From Callorhinchus milii (taxonomy: Eukaryota), in assembly GCF_018977255.1 (NCBI RefSeq), contig NW_024704742.1, positions 54,066,001-54,130,000 of the forward strand: a DNA stretch of 64,000 bases, read 5' to 3'. Both the position numbers and the translations under genes were made by a program. Positions 63,380 to 64,000 of this stretch are shown piece by piece (positions within the stretch are counted from its first letter, which is position 1; every line of letters begins with the position of its first letter). A model generated the notes under the pieces. It saw nothing but the letters and a program-made list of their open reading frames with translations, made no database searches and had not been told where the DNA came from.

Positions 63380-64000
63380 GGAGGAAGTTAAACCCTAAAG
63401 AGACCCAATGGAACAGGAGATAGGAACAATATTAAATGACTACTTTGAGATTTGTTACCTGAGAGGAAATGAACAAATGCTGTCTTGACATCCATTACAT
63501 AAATGTTTCTGTGTGGGGGGAATTACAGGTGCCCTTAAGTAGGTACTTAATCAATGAAAATTATTACAGTTTTATAAGAGCACTGTAAAACCAGAGCAGC
63601 CAGTCAAGAAAGACCTGGTAACTAAAGCTTGACAGGATATCTGTAAACCTGGCATATGAAGTTCAATACAGATAAATGCAAGATACTGCATATTGGAAAT
63701 AAAATTGGGAGCTACTGCACATCCACACTGCATGGGACAAAAATTGCCAAAGGGGAAGTTGAAATCTACAAGTAGGTGTTGACTTTTTGCTCACCGTGAA
63801 CAACGTGTAAGATAGCAATGAACATAGGAAACAGAATACTGTACTAAATTGCCTACTATTTTAGTTCAGTCCTACATAAACCATGCTTGAGTTGCAAGGT
63901 GTCTGATGAGGCATCACAAGGCTTATTGTGTACAGGTCTGATCATCTCAACCTAGGCCTTTAGAGACAGTACAGAGGAAAATGAGCATGATCCCCTTTGT
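63380..64000 (+). mobile_element. Highly decayed CR1 RT fragment
   Basis: tggcatatgaagttcaatacagataaatgcaagatactgcatattgga reads WHMKFNTDKCKILHIG, a CR1 RT C-terminal motif. Confidence 0.6.

Noticed and set aside
1..64000. CRISPR arrays, rRNA, snoRNA or miRNA genes
   Set aside because: Recurring short motifs are dispersed retroposon tails, not regularly spaced arrays; no RNA gene was recognisable by eye, though a covariance-model search was not possible.

Overview
Vertebrate genomic DNA. The repeat content (tRNA-headed SINEs with (TTA)n tails, Deu-type SINEs, L2 and CR1 LINEs) points to a cartilaginous fish, possibly a chimaera such as the elephant shark; this is an inference. The window holds the 5' end of TUSC3 (oligosaccharyltransferase oxidoreductase subunit) on the + strand: a CpG-rich promoter, coding exon 1 (1124-1240, signal peptide), a 61,083 bp intron 1, and coding exon 2 (62324-62493, ending in the CSVC redox motif). 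Intron 1 is densely filled with decayed L2 and CR1 LINEs and SINEs, often nested. Almost all ORFs in the supplied track are LINE fragments or noise. I found no clearly new multi-gene system. The most notable unexplained features are a small intronic CpG island with promoter motifs, a Kozak-flanked 47-codon ORF and splice donors (about 57.4-57.65 kb), a palindromic hairpin repeat family hidden by retroposon insertions, a modular SINE family with swapped tRNA heads, and a 2.7 kb block of reversed strand asymmetry. Repeat boundaries were read by eye and are approximate.
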